A DNA stretch of 64,000 bases from positions 160,001 to 224,000 of the forward strand of contig CAVYRF010000002.1 of NCBI GenBank assembly GCA_963770895.1, written 5' to 3'. Source of the DNA: an uncultured Acidobacteriota bacterium. GTDB lineage: Bacteria; Acidobacteriota; Thermoanaerobaculia; Multivoradales; UBA5704. The notes under the pieces are model-generated. The model did not search any database and was not told the origin of the DNA. It was given only the letters and a program-made list of their open reading frames with translations. Shown here piece by piece: positions 1 to 10,600 of the stretch; positions within the stretch are counted from its first letter, which is position 1, and every line of letters begins with the position of its first letter. The position numbers and the translations under genes were made by a program.

Positions 1-647
1 ATTCGCACGTCGGCCTGCAGGCGCGCCTGATGTCGCAGGCCTTGCGCAAATTGACCGCGATCGTCGCCAAGTCGCGCACCTGCCTGGTCTTCATCAACCA
101 GATCCGCGAAAAGATCGGCGTCATGTTCGGCAACCCTGAAACCACCACCGGCGGCCGGGCGCTCAAGTTCTACGCCTCGGTGCGCATCGACATCCGCCGC
201 ATCGCCTCGCTCAAGGAGGGTGAGGAGGTCACCGGCTCGCGCGCCAAGGTGAAGGTGGTCAAGAACAAGATGGCGGCGCCCTTCCGCCAGGCCGAATTCG
301 ACATCGAATACAGCGAAGGGATCTCCAAGACCGGGGAAATCATCGACCTGGGGGTCGACCACAAGCTGGTCATCAAGAGCGGCGCCTGGTACGCCTACGG
401 TGAAGTACGCCTCGGCCAGGGGCGCGAAAACTCCAAACAGTTCCTGCGCGAAAATCAGGACCTGGCCAACGAGATCGAAATGAAGCTGCGCGAAAAGCTC
501 GGCATGCCGGCGCAGGGGACCGCCGCCGCTCGCGAAGCCGCCGCCACTGCCCCGGCAACCCCAGCCCCCGTGTCCACGGCGGCGCCAGGCGCCGCGGCAC
601 CGGCCGCGCCAACCGGACGGGCCGCCCGGCAGGCTGCCGAAGGCTGA
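1..647 (+). CDS. recA: Recombinase RecA (5' end outside the window) with Ala/Pro-rich C-terminal tail
   Basis: Signature [14 protein letters not shown]...[54 protein letters not shown]. Confidence 0.98.
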   Translation, partial: SHVGLQARLMSQALRKLTAIVAKSRTCLVFINQIREKIGVMFGNPETTTGGRALKFYASVRIDIRRIASLKEGEEVTGSRAKVKVVKNKMAAPFRQAEFDIEYSEGISKTGEIIDLGVDHKLVIKSGAWYAYGEVRLGQGRENSKQFLRENQDLANEIEMKLREKLGMPAQGTAAAREAAATAPATPAPVSTAAPGAAAPAAPTGRAARQAAEG

Positions 648-672
648 CGCCCGACGCCTGGATTCCCGGCAC

Positions 673-1314
673 CTAGCGCATCCAGCGCGCTTCGTGCCAG
701 CCCAAGTGCTCGTGCGAGTTGAACAGGCGCACCACCGGCGCCTCGCCCCAATCGATCACCGACAGGGTCGCGGGGTCCAGAAAGAGGCGCCGGGCGACGG
801 CCAGCGGCACCGCCAGGGCGGTGCACAGCAGAGCCTTGATCGGCCCGACGTGGCTGACCAGGGCGATCCAGGCTCCCGGGTGGGCCAGGGTGAGATCCGC
901 GGCCATCGCCCTCACCCGGCCCGCCACCGCCTCCAGCGATTCGCCGCCGGGCGGCGCCGCCGCCGCATCGGCCTCCCAAGCGGCCAGCAGCGCCCGGTCG
1001 CCCTGGCCGCGATCCAGGACCTGGGCGCGCGTCAGGCCCTCCCACTCGCCAAAGCTCTGCTCGCGCAGGCGCGGCTCGGCGGCCATGGTGATGCCCAGCC
1101 CGGCGGCGATCCGCTCGCCGGTCTGGGCGGCGCGCAGCAGCGGGCTGGCATACACTGCGGCGATCGGCAGCTGCGACAGTGCCGCCGCCACCCGCTCCGC
1201 CTGGCGGTGTCCCAGCTCGGTCAGCGGTTCGTCCAGGCTCCCCAGGTACCGCATCTCGCGGTTCGAATGGGCTTCGCCATGGCGGACCAGCAGCAGGCGA
1301 AGCGGCGGCGGCAT
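673..1314 (-). CDS. Histidine phosphatase (phosphoglycerate mutase-like) family protein
   Basis: LLLVRHGE motif, [25 protein letters not shown]. Confidence 0.92.
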   Translation of the reverse strand: MPPPLRLLLVRHGEAHSNREMRYLGSLDEPLTELGHRQAERVAAALSQLPIAAVYASPLLRAAQTGERIAAGLGITMAAEPRLREQSFGEWEGLTRAQVLDRGQGDRALLAAWEADAAAAPPGGESLEAVAGRVRAMAADLTLAHPGAWIALVSHVGPIKALLCTALAVPLAVARRLFLDPATLSVIDWGEAPVVRLFNSHEHLGWHEARWMR

Positions 1315-1581
1315 GCCGGTACTCTACCCGGTTTCAGCGGGCGACCCGCCGCTGCCCGGGTGCGGGCGCGAAGTTTGCACGACGGTATGCGATACCTTTG
1401 CCCGTGGCGGGGCGCCGCGAGCGAACGGCGGAGGCAGCCAGCCGTGACAATGACAGTTTCTCCCTTGAATCGGCCGGTTGCCGAAGCCGCACCTGACACC
1501 GGCAGCCTGTCCGCAATACGGTCGGCGGCCCTGGATTGCCAGTGTTTCGGCAATCATGGTCGTATCCGTTCTTACAATGCG

Positions 1582-2073
1582 ATGGTCATTTTGCCAACGA
1601 ACGGGTCCCCCTCGGCCCCGCCTCCGGCGCTGCAGCTCGACGCGGCATCGCAGCCGCTGTCCTCGCCGCGGTCCAGCGCGCGGCGCGGGCTGGACACCGG
1701 CCGCGAACGCACCCTGCACATCCTGCTGGTGGAAGACCACCTGGATACCGCCGCGGCGTTGCGCGACCTGCTCAGCGGCCTGGGCCATCGGGTGACGGTG
1801 GCACACACCGTGACCGACGCGCTCGCCGCCGCCTCCCGCGAGCCGCCGGAGCTGGTGGTAAGCGACATCGGTCTGCCCGACGGCAACGGCCATGAGCTGA
1901 TGCGGTCCTTGGTCCAGCGGTTCGGACTGCACGGCGTCGCCGTATCGGGGTACGGCAGCGAAGAAGACCGCCGGCGAAGCCTGGCGGCCGGCTTCGACAG
2001 CCACCTCACCAAGCCCTTCACCGCGCAACAGCTGTGCACGGCGATCGCCCACGCGGCAGACGCCAGCGACTGA
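1582..2073 (+). CDS. Single-domain response regulator (receiver) with short disordered N-terminal extension; start approximate
   Basis: ILLVEDH, VSDIGLPDGNG (phospho-Asp), SGYG, HLTKP within ORF 694..2073. Confidence 0.85.
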   Translation: MVILPTNGSPSAPPPALQLDAASQPLSSPRSSARRGLDTGRERTLHILLVEDHLDTAAALRDLLSGLGHRVTVAHTVTDALAAASREPPELVVSDIGLPDGNGHELMRSLVQRFGLHGVAVSGYGSEEDRRRSLAAGFDSHLTKPFTAQQLCTAIAHAADASD

Positions 2074-2080
2074 GAGCCGA

Positions 2081-3235
2081 GTGCAAGCGCCGCGAACCCT
2101 GGGGTGGGCCTGCGTGGCCTGGCTGCTGGCGGCCGGGCTCACGCGCCTGTTGTGGGCGCCGGTTTTCCATTTCGTCCCGCTCCTGGCATTCTTCGTCGCC
2201 GCGGTCGGGGCGGCCTGGGCGTTCGGCCTCTGGCCCGCGGTCTGCGCCGGCGCGTTGGGCGCGATCAGCGGCTGCCTGCTGGTGGGGGCGCTCGGCGGCA
2301 CCGACCAAGCCCTGGCCGCGACCCAGGTCACGACCAGCCTGATCGTTCGCGCCGTCTTGCTGGTCGCCGTCGCCGCCTTCGTCGGCTATCTGCGCGACCG
2401 CTCCGGCCGTCTCGCCAGCCGGCTCGCCCGCACCGAAGGCCGGCTCGACGCGGCGCTCACGCAGCTGGGAGAGGCGCGGCAGGAGGCGGCCGAAGCCAAG
2501 CAGGCAAAGTCGCGCTTCCTGTCCAGCCTGTCGCACGAGCTGCGCACCCCCCTGACGCCGGTCCTGGCCATCGCCGGAGTGCTCGAAAAAGAGGAGCGCC
2601 TGCCGCCCTACATGCGGGAAAGCCTGGCGACGGTGCGCCGCAACGTCGAGTTGGAGGCGCAGCTGATCGACGAGCTGCTGGCCAGCGGCTCCGGCTCCGA
2701 GCCGCCGCCACCGCCGGTGGCGAGCAACCGCCAGGACACCAACGCGGGCGGCGCGGCGCCGGCGCCCGCGCAGCTCAGCATCCTGCTGGTGGAAGACCAC
2801 GCCGACACCGCCAGCGCCCTGTCCGATCTGCTCGACACCCTCGGCTATCAGACCACCATCGCCGGCAGCATCGCCGAGGCGCGCGCCGCCGTCGAGCGCT
2901 CGGCCGCCCAGCGCGCCGGCCGCCAGCCTTTCGACCTGCTGGTGAGCGACCTCGGCCTGCCCGACGGCAACGGCCAGGACCTGATGCGCGAGATCTCGCG
3001 GCGCTACCGCTTCCCGGGCATCGCGCTGTCCGGCTACGGCTTCGACGAAGATCGCGAAAAGAGCCTGCACGCCGGTTTCGCCCGCCACCTCATCAAGCCG
3101 ATCCATCCGCGCGATCTGCAGGCGGTGATCCAGGAAGTCGTCGCGGCGCCGGCTGCCGCCACGCCGGCGACCGCCAACGCGGCAGCGTCCAGCCAGCCCA
3201 AGAACGGCGTCCGGCCCGCGGGCTCCACAAACTAA
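2081..3235 (+). CDS. Membrane hybrid sensor-like protein (TM-HisKA-REC) lacking the HATPase domain
   Basis: N-terminal hydrophobic helices; H-box FLSSLSHELRTPL; short Pro-rich linker; receiver domain ILLVEDH/SDLGLPDGNG/HLIKP; no N/G1/F/G2 boxes. Confidence 0.85.
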   Translation: MQAPRTLGWACVAWLLAAGLTRLLWAPVFHFVPLLAFFVAAVGAAWAFGLWPAVCAGALGAISGCLLVGALGGTDQALAATQVTTSLIVRAVLLVAVAAFVGYLRDRSGRLASRLARTEGRLDAALTQLGEARQEAAEAKQAKSRFLSSLSHELRTPLTPVLAIAGVLEKEERLPPYMRESLATVRRNVELEAQLIDELLASGSGSEPPPPPVASNRQDTNAGGAAPAPAQLSILLVEDHADTASALSDLLDTLGYQTTIAGSIAEARAAVERSAAQRAGRQPFDLLVSDLGLPDGNGQDLMREISRRYRFPGIALSGYGFDEDREKSLHAGFARHLIKPIHPRDLQAVIQEVVAAPAAATPATANAAASSQPKNGVRPAGSTN

Positions 3236-3289
3236 GCGAAAGGCAGACCGCCCCTGCAAGGCTCCTCTTCCGCCCCGGCAGGCGGGCTG

Positions 3290-4450
3290 GTGCTGGTGCT
3301 CAACGCCGGCTCCAGCACGCTCAAGTGGTCGGCGCTCGCCGCCGCCGGCGACCCGCGCCCGCTGGCCGGCGGCACCGTCGACTGGGAGAGCGACCAGGCC
3401 GCGCGGCAGACCGAACAGGTGCGCCAGGTCTTCCGCCAGGCGGTGGCGGCGCTGCCCGCCGTACCGATCGCGGTGGGCCACCGGCTGGTCCACGGCGGCG
3501 CCCGCTTTCGCGCCGCGGTGACGGTCACCGCCCAGGTGCGCCAGGCGCTGGACCAACTGATTGAGATCGACCCGCTGCACACGCCGGCCGCGCTCGCCGG
3601 CATCGACGCGGTCAGCGCTGAAGCGCCGGACCTGCCGCAGGTCGCCTGCTTCGACACCGCCTTCCATGTCACCCTGCCCGAGGCCGCCGCCCTCTACCCG
3701 CTGCCCTGGGAATGGAGCGAGCGCTTCCAGCTTCGGCGCTACGGCTTTCACGGTCTGTCGGTCGCCTACGCCCTGCGCCAGGTGAGCGAACGCATGGGCG
3801 CGACGCCGGGGCGGCTGGTGGTCTGCCACCTGGGCAGCGGCTGCTCGCTCACCGCGGTGTCCGATGGCCGTTCGGTGGACACCACCATGGGATACACCCC
3901 GCTCGACGGCATGATGATGGCGACGCGCCCCGGCGCGCTCGACCCCGGCCTGCTGCTGCACCTGCAGCGGCGCTGCGGGGTCGGCCTGGACGACCTGGAA
4001 GCGGGCCTGCAACACGGCTCGGGGCTCGCCGGCGTTTCCGGAGTCGGCGGCGACCTCAGGAAGGTGCTGGCCGCCGCCGCCGGGTCACACCGGGCGGCCC
4101 TGGCCTACGACACCTTCCTGCACAGCCTGGTGCGTATGGCCGGCGCGATGATCGCGGTGCTCGGCGGCCTGGACGCGCTGGTGTTGACCGGCGGCATCGG
4201 CGAGCACAGCGACAGGCTGCAAGGCGACTTCGTGCAGCGGCTGGCCTATGCCGGCGTGCCGGGCATCGCACCGGCCGACCGGGCCGACGGGCGCGGCGGT
4301 GGCGGCGCCACCCCCACCCCGGCTGACGACGACCGCGAGATCTCGCCGCCCGGCTCGGCCGTGCGCGTCTTCGTCATCGCCGCGCGCGAAGACCTCACCG
4401 TGCTGCGCGACGTGCTGGCCGTGCTCGCCGCGCCCAAAGGATCGGACTAG
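3290..4450 (+). CDS. ackA: Acetate/propionate kinase
   Basis: LVLNAGSSTLK, GHRLVHGG, FDTAFH, RRYGFHGLS, HLGSGCS, DTTMGYTPLDG, GGIGE. Confidence 0.93.
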   Translation: MLVLNAGSSTLKWSALAAAGDPRPLAGGTVDWESDQAARQTEQVRQVFRQAVAALPAVPIAVGHRLVHGGARFRAAVTVTAQVRQALDQLIEIDPLHTPAALAGIDAVSAEAPDLPQVACFDTAFHVTLPEAAALYPLPWEWSERFQLRRYGFHGLSVAYALRQVSERMGATPGRLVVCHLGSGCSLTAVSDGRSVDTTMGYTPLDGMMMATRPGALDPGLLLHLQRRCGVGLDDLEAGLQHGSGLAGVSGVGGDLRKVLAAAAGSHRAALAYDTFLHSLVRMAGAMIAVLGGLDALVLTGGIGEHSDRLQGDFVQRLAYAGVPGIAPADRADGRGGGGATPTPADDDREISPPGSAVRVFVIAAREDLTVLRDVLAVLAAPKGSD

Positions 4451-5406
4451 CCGGCGGGAGACGCGGCGGGCTCGGCGGGCGGCGTGTTGGGCGGGGCCTC
4501 TCCCAGGCGGTCGCGCAGCGCGGCGTACTTGGTGTCCAGAGTCTCCCAGACGGCGGCGATCTGCTCCAGGCGCTGGTCCAGCTCGATCGTCCAGTGCTCG
4601 GCCCTGACCGGGTCCAGCTTGACGCTCGCCAGGCGATAGGACAGCGCCTCGAAGCGCAGCGGCACAGGTCCCAGCAAGAGCTTCGCCGACAGCATCTCAG
4701 CCCCCGCTTCCAGGTAACGAAAGAGCTCGTGCAGCACGCCGCCGGTCAGCGTCACGCGCGCCTCGTGCGTCGCCAGGCGCACGCTCCCCTTTTCGGGCTC
4801 GACCATCACTTCCGGCTCCTCGATCAGAGCCCGCAGGAAGCGGCAGCCCAGCACCGATTCGCCCGGCTCGCGCGGCAGCACGATGTCGCTCGCTTCGTCC
4901 ACCTCGGGGGCGGTGTCCAGCCACGGCGCCTTGGGCTCCGCCGCCACGCCCGCCTGGCGCAGCAGCGTCAGGACGCTCCCCAGGGCGCTCTTGGCTGTGC
5001 TGCCGACGTAGAGCAGGCCGCCGTCGATGCAGCATTCCAGGATGGTGCTGCGCGGCGCCTGACGGCGGATCAGCTCCTCCTCCGCCATCTCGCGCAGGCG
5101 TTTGCGCGTCTTGCCGCCGACGAACGGCGCGCCGGTCGCCTCCATCTCGGCGCGCACCAGCTCGCGCACCCGCTCGCGCACCGCCGTGGCGTCGGGACGC
5201 AAGCGGTCGATGCGCACGCGGAACGCATACCGCCCCTTGCCAACCTCGTAGGGCGCCTCCAGCTCGAACGGCACAAACCCCACCCGCTCGCGCACCTCCG
5301 ACCCCGCTTCGATGGCGTGAAACGGCGCCCGCTCGAAGTCGGGACCCTCCGCCGGCATCGCCACGTTGTAGCGGGTCACACTCACCGTTCCATGCAGGAT
5401 TCCCAT
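4447..5406 (-). CDS. Hypothetical protein, RdgC-like (exonuclease/recombination-associated)
   Basis: N-terminus MGILHGTVSVTRY...F..I....E..VGFV and RIDR motif resemble deltaproteobacterial RdgC-like proteins (recalled, not searched). Confidence 0.55.
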   Translation of the reverse strand: MGILHGTVSVTRYNVAMPAEGPDFERAPFHAIEAGSEVRERVGFVPFELEAPYEVGKGRYAFRVRIDRLRPDATAVRERVRELVRAEMEATGAPFVGGKTRKRLREMAEEELIRRQAPRSTILECCIDGGLLYVGSTAKSALGSVLTLLRQAGVAAEPKAPWLDTAPEVDEASDIVLPREPGESVLGCRFLRALIEEPEVMVEPEKGSVRLATHEARVTLTGGVLHELFRYLEAGAEMLSAKLLLGPVPLRFEALSYRLASVKLDPVRAEHWTIELDQRLEQIAAVWETLDTKYAALRDRLGEAPPNTPPAEPAASPAG

Positions 5407-5614
5407 CGTCCGCCAGCCTCGCCGCTCGACTTGGTGTCCCGTGCATTTGGCGCGGGAAACTGGATGCCCGCCTGTCCATGGGCAGCGCGGCCCGGATCAT
5501 AGCTCACCGTGTGCCGGCGGAAGGCGGCGGCAGTCCTGGCAGATCCCCTGGCCGGCGGCGGCCCGGTTGAACCCAGGCCGCCGCCGGCCCCCCAGAAACT
5601 GGTCGGCGACCGGA

Positions 5615-6976
5615 TCAGTGCTGGCTGGCGATCGCCTTGCCGTCGTTGACCCTGCCGTTGGCGTAGGTGCTGAACGGACCGATCGGGTCGGCCGTCAGGG
5701 CCAGGACCAGCGCCGTGTAGGCCGGCACCAGGTCCAGCGGCTTGCCGTCGAAGCCGTCGAGCTGCGCCGCCACCCCTGCCACCGTCGGCGAGGCGAAGCT
5801 GGTGCCGGCCCCCAGGACGTAGGAGTTCTCGTCGCCGCAGATGGCGCTGGAGCACGCGCCCAGGATGAGCGACTGTTCAGACTGCGGGATGGTCGGGCAG
5901 GCCGGCAGCGCCGCCTCCGGGTTGGGCAGATCGCCGCCCGGAGCGCCGACCCAGGTCACGGCGCCGAAGTTGGAATAGCTGGCGAGCTGGTCCTGGATGT
6001 TGGTCGCGTAGATGGCGATGGCCCCCGGCGACTGCGCGGGCAGCTCGATGTTGGGGCCGAACAGGTTGAGCTCGACGCCGTCGTTGCCGGCGGCCACCAC
6101 CACCAGCTTGCCGCGCAACGTGGCAAAGAACACCGCGCGGCCGATCGCGTCGATCAGCGACCCGTTGCCGGCCTTCGGCACGTTCGCCCCCAGGCTCATG
6201 TTGATGATGCGCACGTTGGGCAGGCTGGCCGCGTAGTCGATCCCGGAGATGACGTCGCCGAAGCTGCCGGAGCCCTGGCAGTTGAGCACCTTGACCATCA
6301 CCACGTCGGAGCGCGGGGCCAGGGCGCCCATGCCGATGAGGTTGCCGGTGATCTGGCTCGACACGAAGGTGCCGTGGAAGAAGTAGTCGAAAATCGTCGT
6401 CTCGTCGACGCTGCCGCAGGGCGAAGTGCCCGGCGTGATCTCGCTGACGCTATTGGTCAGGTCCACCTTGCCGACCAGGTCGATATGGTTGGGATCGATC
6501 CCCGTATCGAGCACCGCCACCTCCACCTTGGGCGAGCCGAAGGCCCCCTGCGCCCAGGCGCCGGGAGCATTGATCTGGGGAAAGTTCCACTGACAGCCAT
6601 AGAAGAATGCCCCCTGCGGGTTGGGCGGCGGCGTCGGCGGGTGGGACAGCGCGACCGCCCCCTGGATCACCTGCGAGGCCGGCGGAGTCCACTGCACCTG
6701 GGTGTCCAGACTGACGCTCTGGATACCGCCCTGCGCCGCCAGGTTGGCCGCGAAGTTGGCATTGGCGGAGGTGGCCTGGGCGACGCCGAACCCGGCATGC
6801 GTGTGTGTCAGGGTGCCGCCCGCGGCGGCGACCATGGTCGCCAGGTTGGCCGGCAGGCTGGCGCTGGAGGTCGCCTCGATGACGTACGAAGCGGCGGTTG
6901 CTGCCTGTGCCGGAAGCGCCGCCGCCAGAAGCAGAACGACGGCAAGCCCCGACAGGAAAACCTTCATCCTCGACAT
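5615..6976 (-). CDS. Secreted S8 (subtilisin-like) serine peptidase
   Basis: Signal peptide; catalytic triad motifs VLDTGID, FHGTFVS, GTSFASP; AAGND; RBS AAAGGAG. Confidence 0.93.
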   Translation of the reverse strand: MSRMKVFLSGLAVVLLLAAALPAQAATAASYVIEATSSASLPANLATMVAAAGGTLTHTHAGFGVAQATSANANFAANLAAQGGIQSVSLDTQVQWTPPASQVIQGAVALSHPPTPPPNPQGAFFYGCQWNFPQINAPGAWAQGAFGSPKVEVAVLDTGIDPNHIDLVGKVDLTNSVSEITPGTSPCGSVDETTIFDYFFHGTFVSSQITGNLIGMGALAPRSDVVMVKVLNCQGSGSFGDVISGIDYAASLPNVRIINMSLGANVPKAGNGSLIDAIGRAVFFATLRGKLVVVAAGNDGVELNLFGPNIELPAQSPGAIAIYATNIQDQLASYSNFGAVTWVGAPGGDLPNPEAALPACPTIPQSEQSLILGACSSAICGDENSYVLGAGTSFASPTVAGVAAQLDGFDGKPLDLVPAYTALVLALTADPIGPFSTYANGRVNDGKAIASQH

Positions 6977-7137
6977 GACAGAGCGCTCCTTTCCAGAGTG
7001 CATGAATACGTGATCAAGTTTGTTAAGTATACAGCCTTGCTACGATACTGCGTCAATCAGCATGGGACTGAATCCGCCGACCGCCGCTGCCCCTTTCCTC
7101 CATGAGTGCTTCCAGGACACAATCGCAGCCTCAAGAA

Positions 7138-7542
7138 ATGAAGAATCTCCACGGCTCAGCCCGCTCCGCCGCGGCGCCGCAGCCGGTCGACGAAGCCGGC
7201 CGCCTTGCCGCTCTCGACCAGATGCGGGCCGCGTACACACCCGCCGAAGAGCGCAGGATGGCGGTGGGGCGCTACGGCGGCGAAGAGTTCCTGATGGTCC
7301 TGGGCGGCTGCGATCGCGATGCCGCGGCAAGGATCGCCGAAACCGTCCGCCAGCGGGTGGCGGCGACCCCGGTGGCCTCCGGCGGCGGGGCGCTGCAGGT
7401 GCGCATCAGCCTGGCCGTGACCGCCACGGACCCGGCAGCGCCGCAGCCCGAAGTGCCGGCGCTGGTGCATGCCGCCGACCAGGCGCTGTACCGCGCCAAG
7501 GCCGCCGGACGCAACCGCGTCGAGCTGGCCGCGGCCCCGTAG
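7138..7542 (+). pseudogene. Internally deleted GAF-GGDEF diguanylate cyclase remnant
   Basis: GAF-start-like DEAGRLAALDQ..YTPAEER fused directly to GRYGGEEF...ADQALYRAKAAGRNR; N-terminal half of GGDEF (DxDxFK) is absent. Confidence 0.7.
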
Positions 7543-7601
7543 TCAACCAGGGGCCGCGGCGTCGCCGTGGGGCGCGGTGATGCGGTGAAAATCCGAGTTG
7601 C

Positions 7602-10600
7602 CTATTCCCGGTGATTGGACGACGTGCTGGTTCCAGCCGGCGGCACCAGCGACTTCACCCCGATCGCCGGATCCCCCAGCAGGGTGTACAGGTTCACCGT
7701 GTCCAGCAGGCCCGGCTCGTTGGCGTACTGGATCAGCGCCTGGCGCATGACGTCGCCCAAGCGCAGGCTGGCGGGCTGGGCCAGCTGCAGGTAGAACAGA
7801 CGCGACAGCTCGACGCCCTGCGGATGGAGCGACACGCCCGACGAGCTCCAGATGCCGACGACGCCGCCGCCGGGCTGGTTTGCCAGCAGCGCCCCCAACG
7901 GCGAGTAGCCGGGAACGTCGAAGCGGTTGACGTTGCAGGTCAGGGCCGCCATCATCGGCACCCGCGGCCCGTTGGTCAGCGTCACCGCGTCGGCCGACGT
8001 CAGCAAGCCGAGCGGCGACAGACGGTCCAGGCCGGCATGGCCGAAGTAGTTCACCAGGCCGGCGCCGCTGGCCAACCCGCTGAACAGCGCCGAGCGCGCG
8101 CCGGCCACCGTGTCAGGCGTCACCGCGATCTGCTGCGGCGCATACCCCGCGGGCAGGCCGCCGGCGATCGCCGTGCTGTCGGCCACGTAGTTGGTCACGC
8201 CGTCGTCGGGGCCCGGCGAATCGGCGAGCATCAGCGCCTGGTCGATCCAGGAACCGCTGGGGGCCGCTTCGAAGGCGGCCAGCTTGGAAACGTACGCCTG
8301 CAGCTCGCTGTTGCTCAACACCGGCAGGCGACCGACCGCAAAGTCGGGGATGCCGTCGCCGTCGACGTCCACCATGTGGTTGTCGGACGCGAACAGGCCT
8401 TCGTCGGTCTCGACCATCAGGGGCGGCACCAGCTCGCCCCCCAGGTTCAAGAAGTTGCGATAGTCGAAGCTGCCGTCGCCGGCGAACACCACGTAGCGCG
8501 GCACCGGGTTCCACCGCGCCCGCACGTAGGCCAGGAACGACTGGATCGCGTGCGGGTTGTAGAGGCCGGCGTTGAACTCGTCCATCACCGCGCCGACGTT
8601 GACGATCGCGGTGCGCAGCCCCTGCTGGGCGCGCAACGCCGCCAGCGCCGCGGCGCCCTGCGCCAGGTCCGTCGTGGTCAGGATCAGATAGTCGGCGCCG
8701 CCGGACTGTTCCGCCAGACCGGTGCTCACGCCAGCCTGCACCGACGCGGGCACCATCACCCCCGTCGGGCCCACCGCCAGATACGGCGTCGTCGCCGACG
8801 ACGGCACCAGGGTCAGCTGCGCGCCAGACTGCGTGGCGGTCACCTTGGCGCCGCTCACCACCGCCGGCTGGGCGGGATTCGTCAGGTCCAGCAGGTGGAT
8901 CGCCGGTCCCGAGAAGCCGCCGACCGTCACCAGGGAGTTGCCCGAGCCGTTGAAGGCAAGCATGTCGCCGGTGGCGGCAAAGGCGCGCTCGTAGGCAACG
9001 TCAAAGCTCTGCAGGTAGACGATGCTCGAGCTCGCCCCCTGGCCCAGCTGCGCGCTCAAGGTCACCGTGTTGCTGCCATTCGCATTCAGGCCCGAGGCCG
9101 CAAAGGTCGCGGTCTGGGCGGTCGTGCCCGACCACGACGTCGTGCCGAGCGCAACGCCGTTCAGGCTGACCGCCACCTCCTGCGGACTGGCGGTGGCGCC
9201 GGCAAGGTGCACCGTCAGCTGCTGGCCGCCGCCGGCATTGACGTTCGGCGCCGCGACCGTGTACGACTTGCTGCCATCCACCGGATCGCCGGCGATCAGG
9301 TCGTCCCAATACCAGTAGTCCGACTCGGGATCGGCCGGCACCGCCGTCGCCGCGAAGCTCGCCACGCGCGTCGACACGGTGTTCGAGAAGCTTTCCGTCG
9401 AGCTGCCCGTCCCGATGGGAGCGGCCGTGGTCACGCTCCCCATGGTGGCGCCGTTGCCGCGCACCAGCCAGTAGACGTTGTTCACCGTATAGATGCTCTG
9501 GATCGCCTGGCCGTAGAACAGCACCGAGCCGTCCGTATCCTGCGTCCACGCCACCGGCTGCCCCTGGTTGGTGAGCGTGTACTTGCCCTGCTTGCTGCCC
9601 AGGTTCGCCGGCAGACCCGCGCTGCCGTAGAGCGGCGCGAGCATCGCCGGCGCGATCCGATACAGGCCGTTTTGCGTCACGCTGATCTTGAGCCGGATGG
9701 GACTTGCGGCCGTCGCCGCGGCGCCGGTAGCCGGCGCCAGCGCGGCCTGGGTCGTCGCCTGCGCCGGAAGAGCCGCGGCGCCAGCCTCCGTCGCCGCGGC
9801 GGCAAGCCTGCCCGCCCACGCCGGGTCGCGGCGCGCCTGCCGATCCGAGGTAGATGTAGATGGATCGGACGCGGCCAGCGACGCCGGCGCGGTGCCAGGA
9901 GGCTCGATCGCGACCGCGAACGGATAGTGCCGCTGACCGCCGTTGATTTCGGTTTCGACCACCAGGTAGTGCACCACGCCGCTCGGCGGCGCGCTCTCGT
10001 CCAGCACCCGGTAGTTGCCTCCCTGAGGGGCGCCGGCCACGGCCCCCACCAGCGAACGGTTCACCTTGTGCCAGGTCCCCGTCGCCTCCTCCCGGCGGTA
10101 CAGGTCGAACCCGGCGGAAGCCATCTCGGAAGCCGTCTGCCAGCTCACCAGCACGCCGCCGTGATCGGCGGCGACGGCGCGCAGATCCGCCACCTCGGCC
10201 GCGCTCAACACCCCCTGGGTGGCGGCCAGCTCGCACAACGGACCGAACGTCAACGTCGCCCGCAGCTGCGCCGTATTGCCGGTCTCATCCACCCAGGTGC
10301 CGCGGGTGCCGTTGCCCGAAGCCACCGTGCCCACCACCGTGATGCGCTGGCCGGTCGTCGTCGGCGTCACCTTCACCAGGTAGTTGAGCAGCGCCGTCGT
10401 CCCCGCCGCCACCGTGGCAGGGTTCCAGGTGATGTTGCCGGTGCCGCCGGTCGCCGGCTGGGCCGTGATCGTGCCCTGCGTCACTCCCGCGCTGCCGCCA
10501 TACACCGCACCGCCGCCGGGAACGTTCACCGTCACCAGGTCGGTGCCCGAAAACGTGATCGCATGGGCGGTCGGATTGACCACCTGCACCGTCACCTGGA

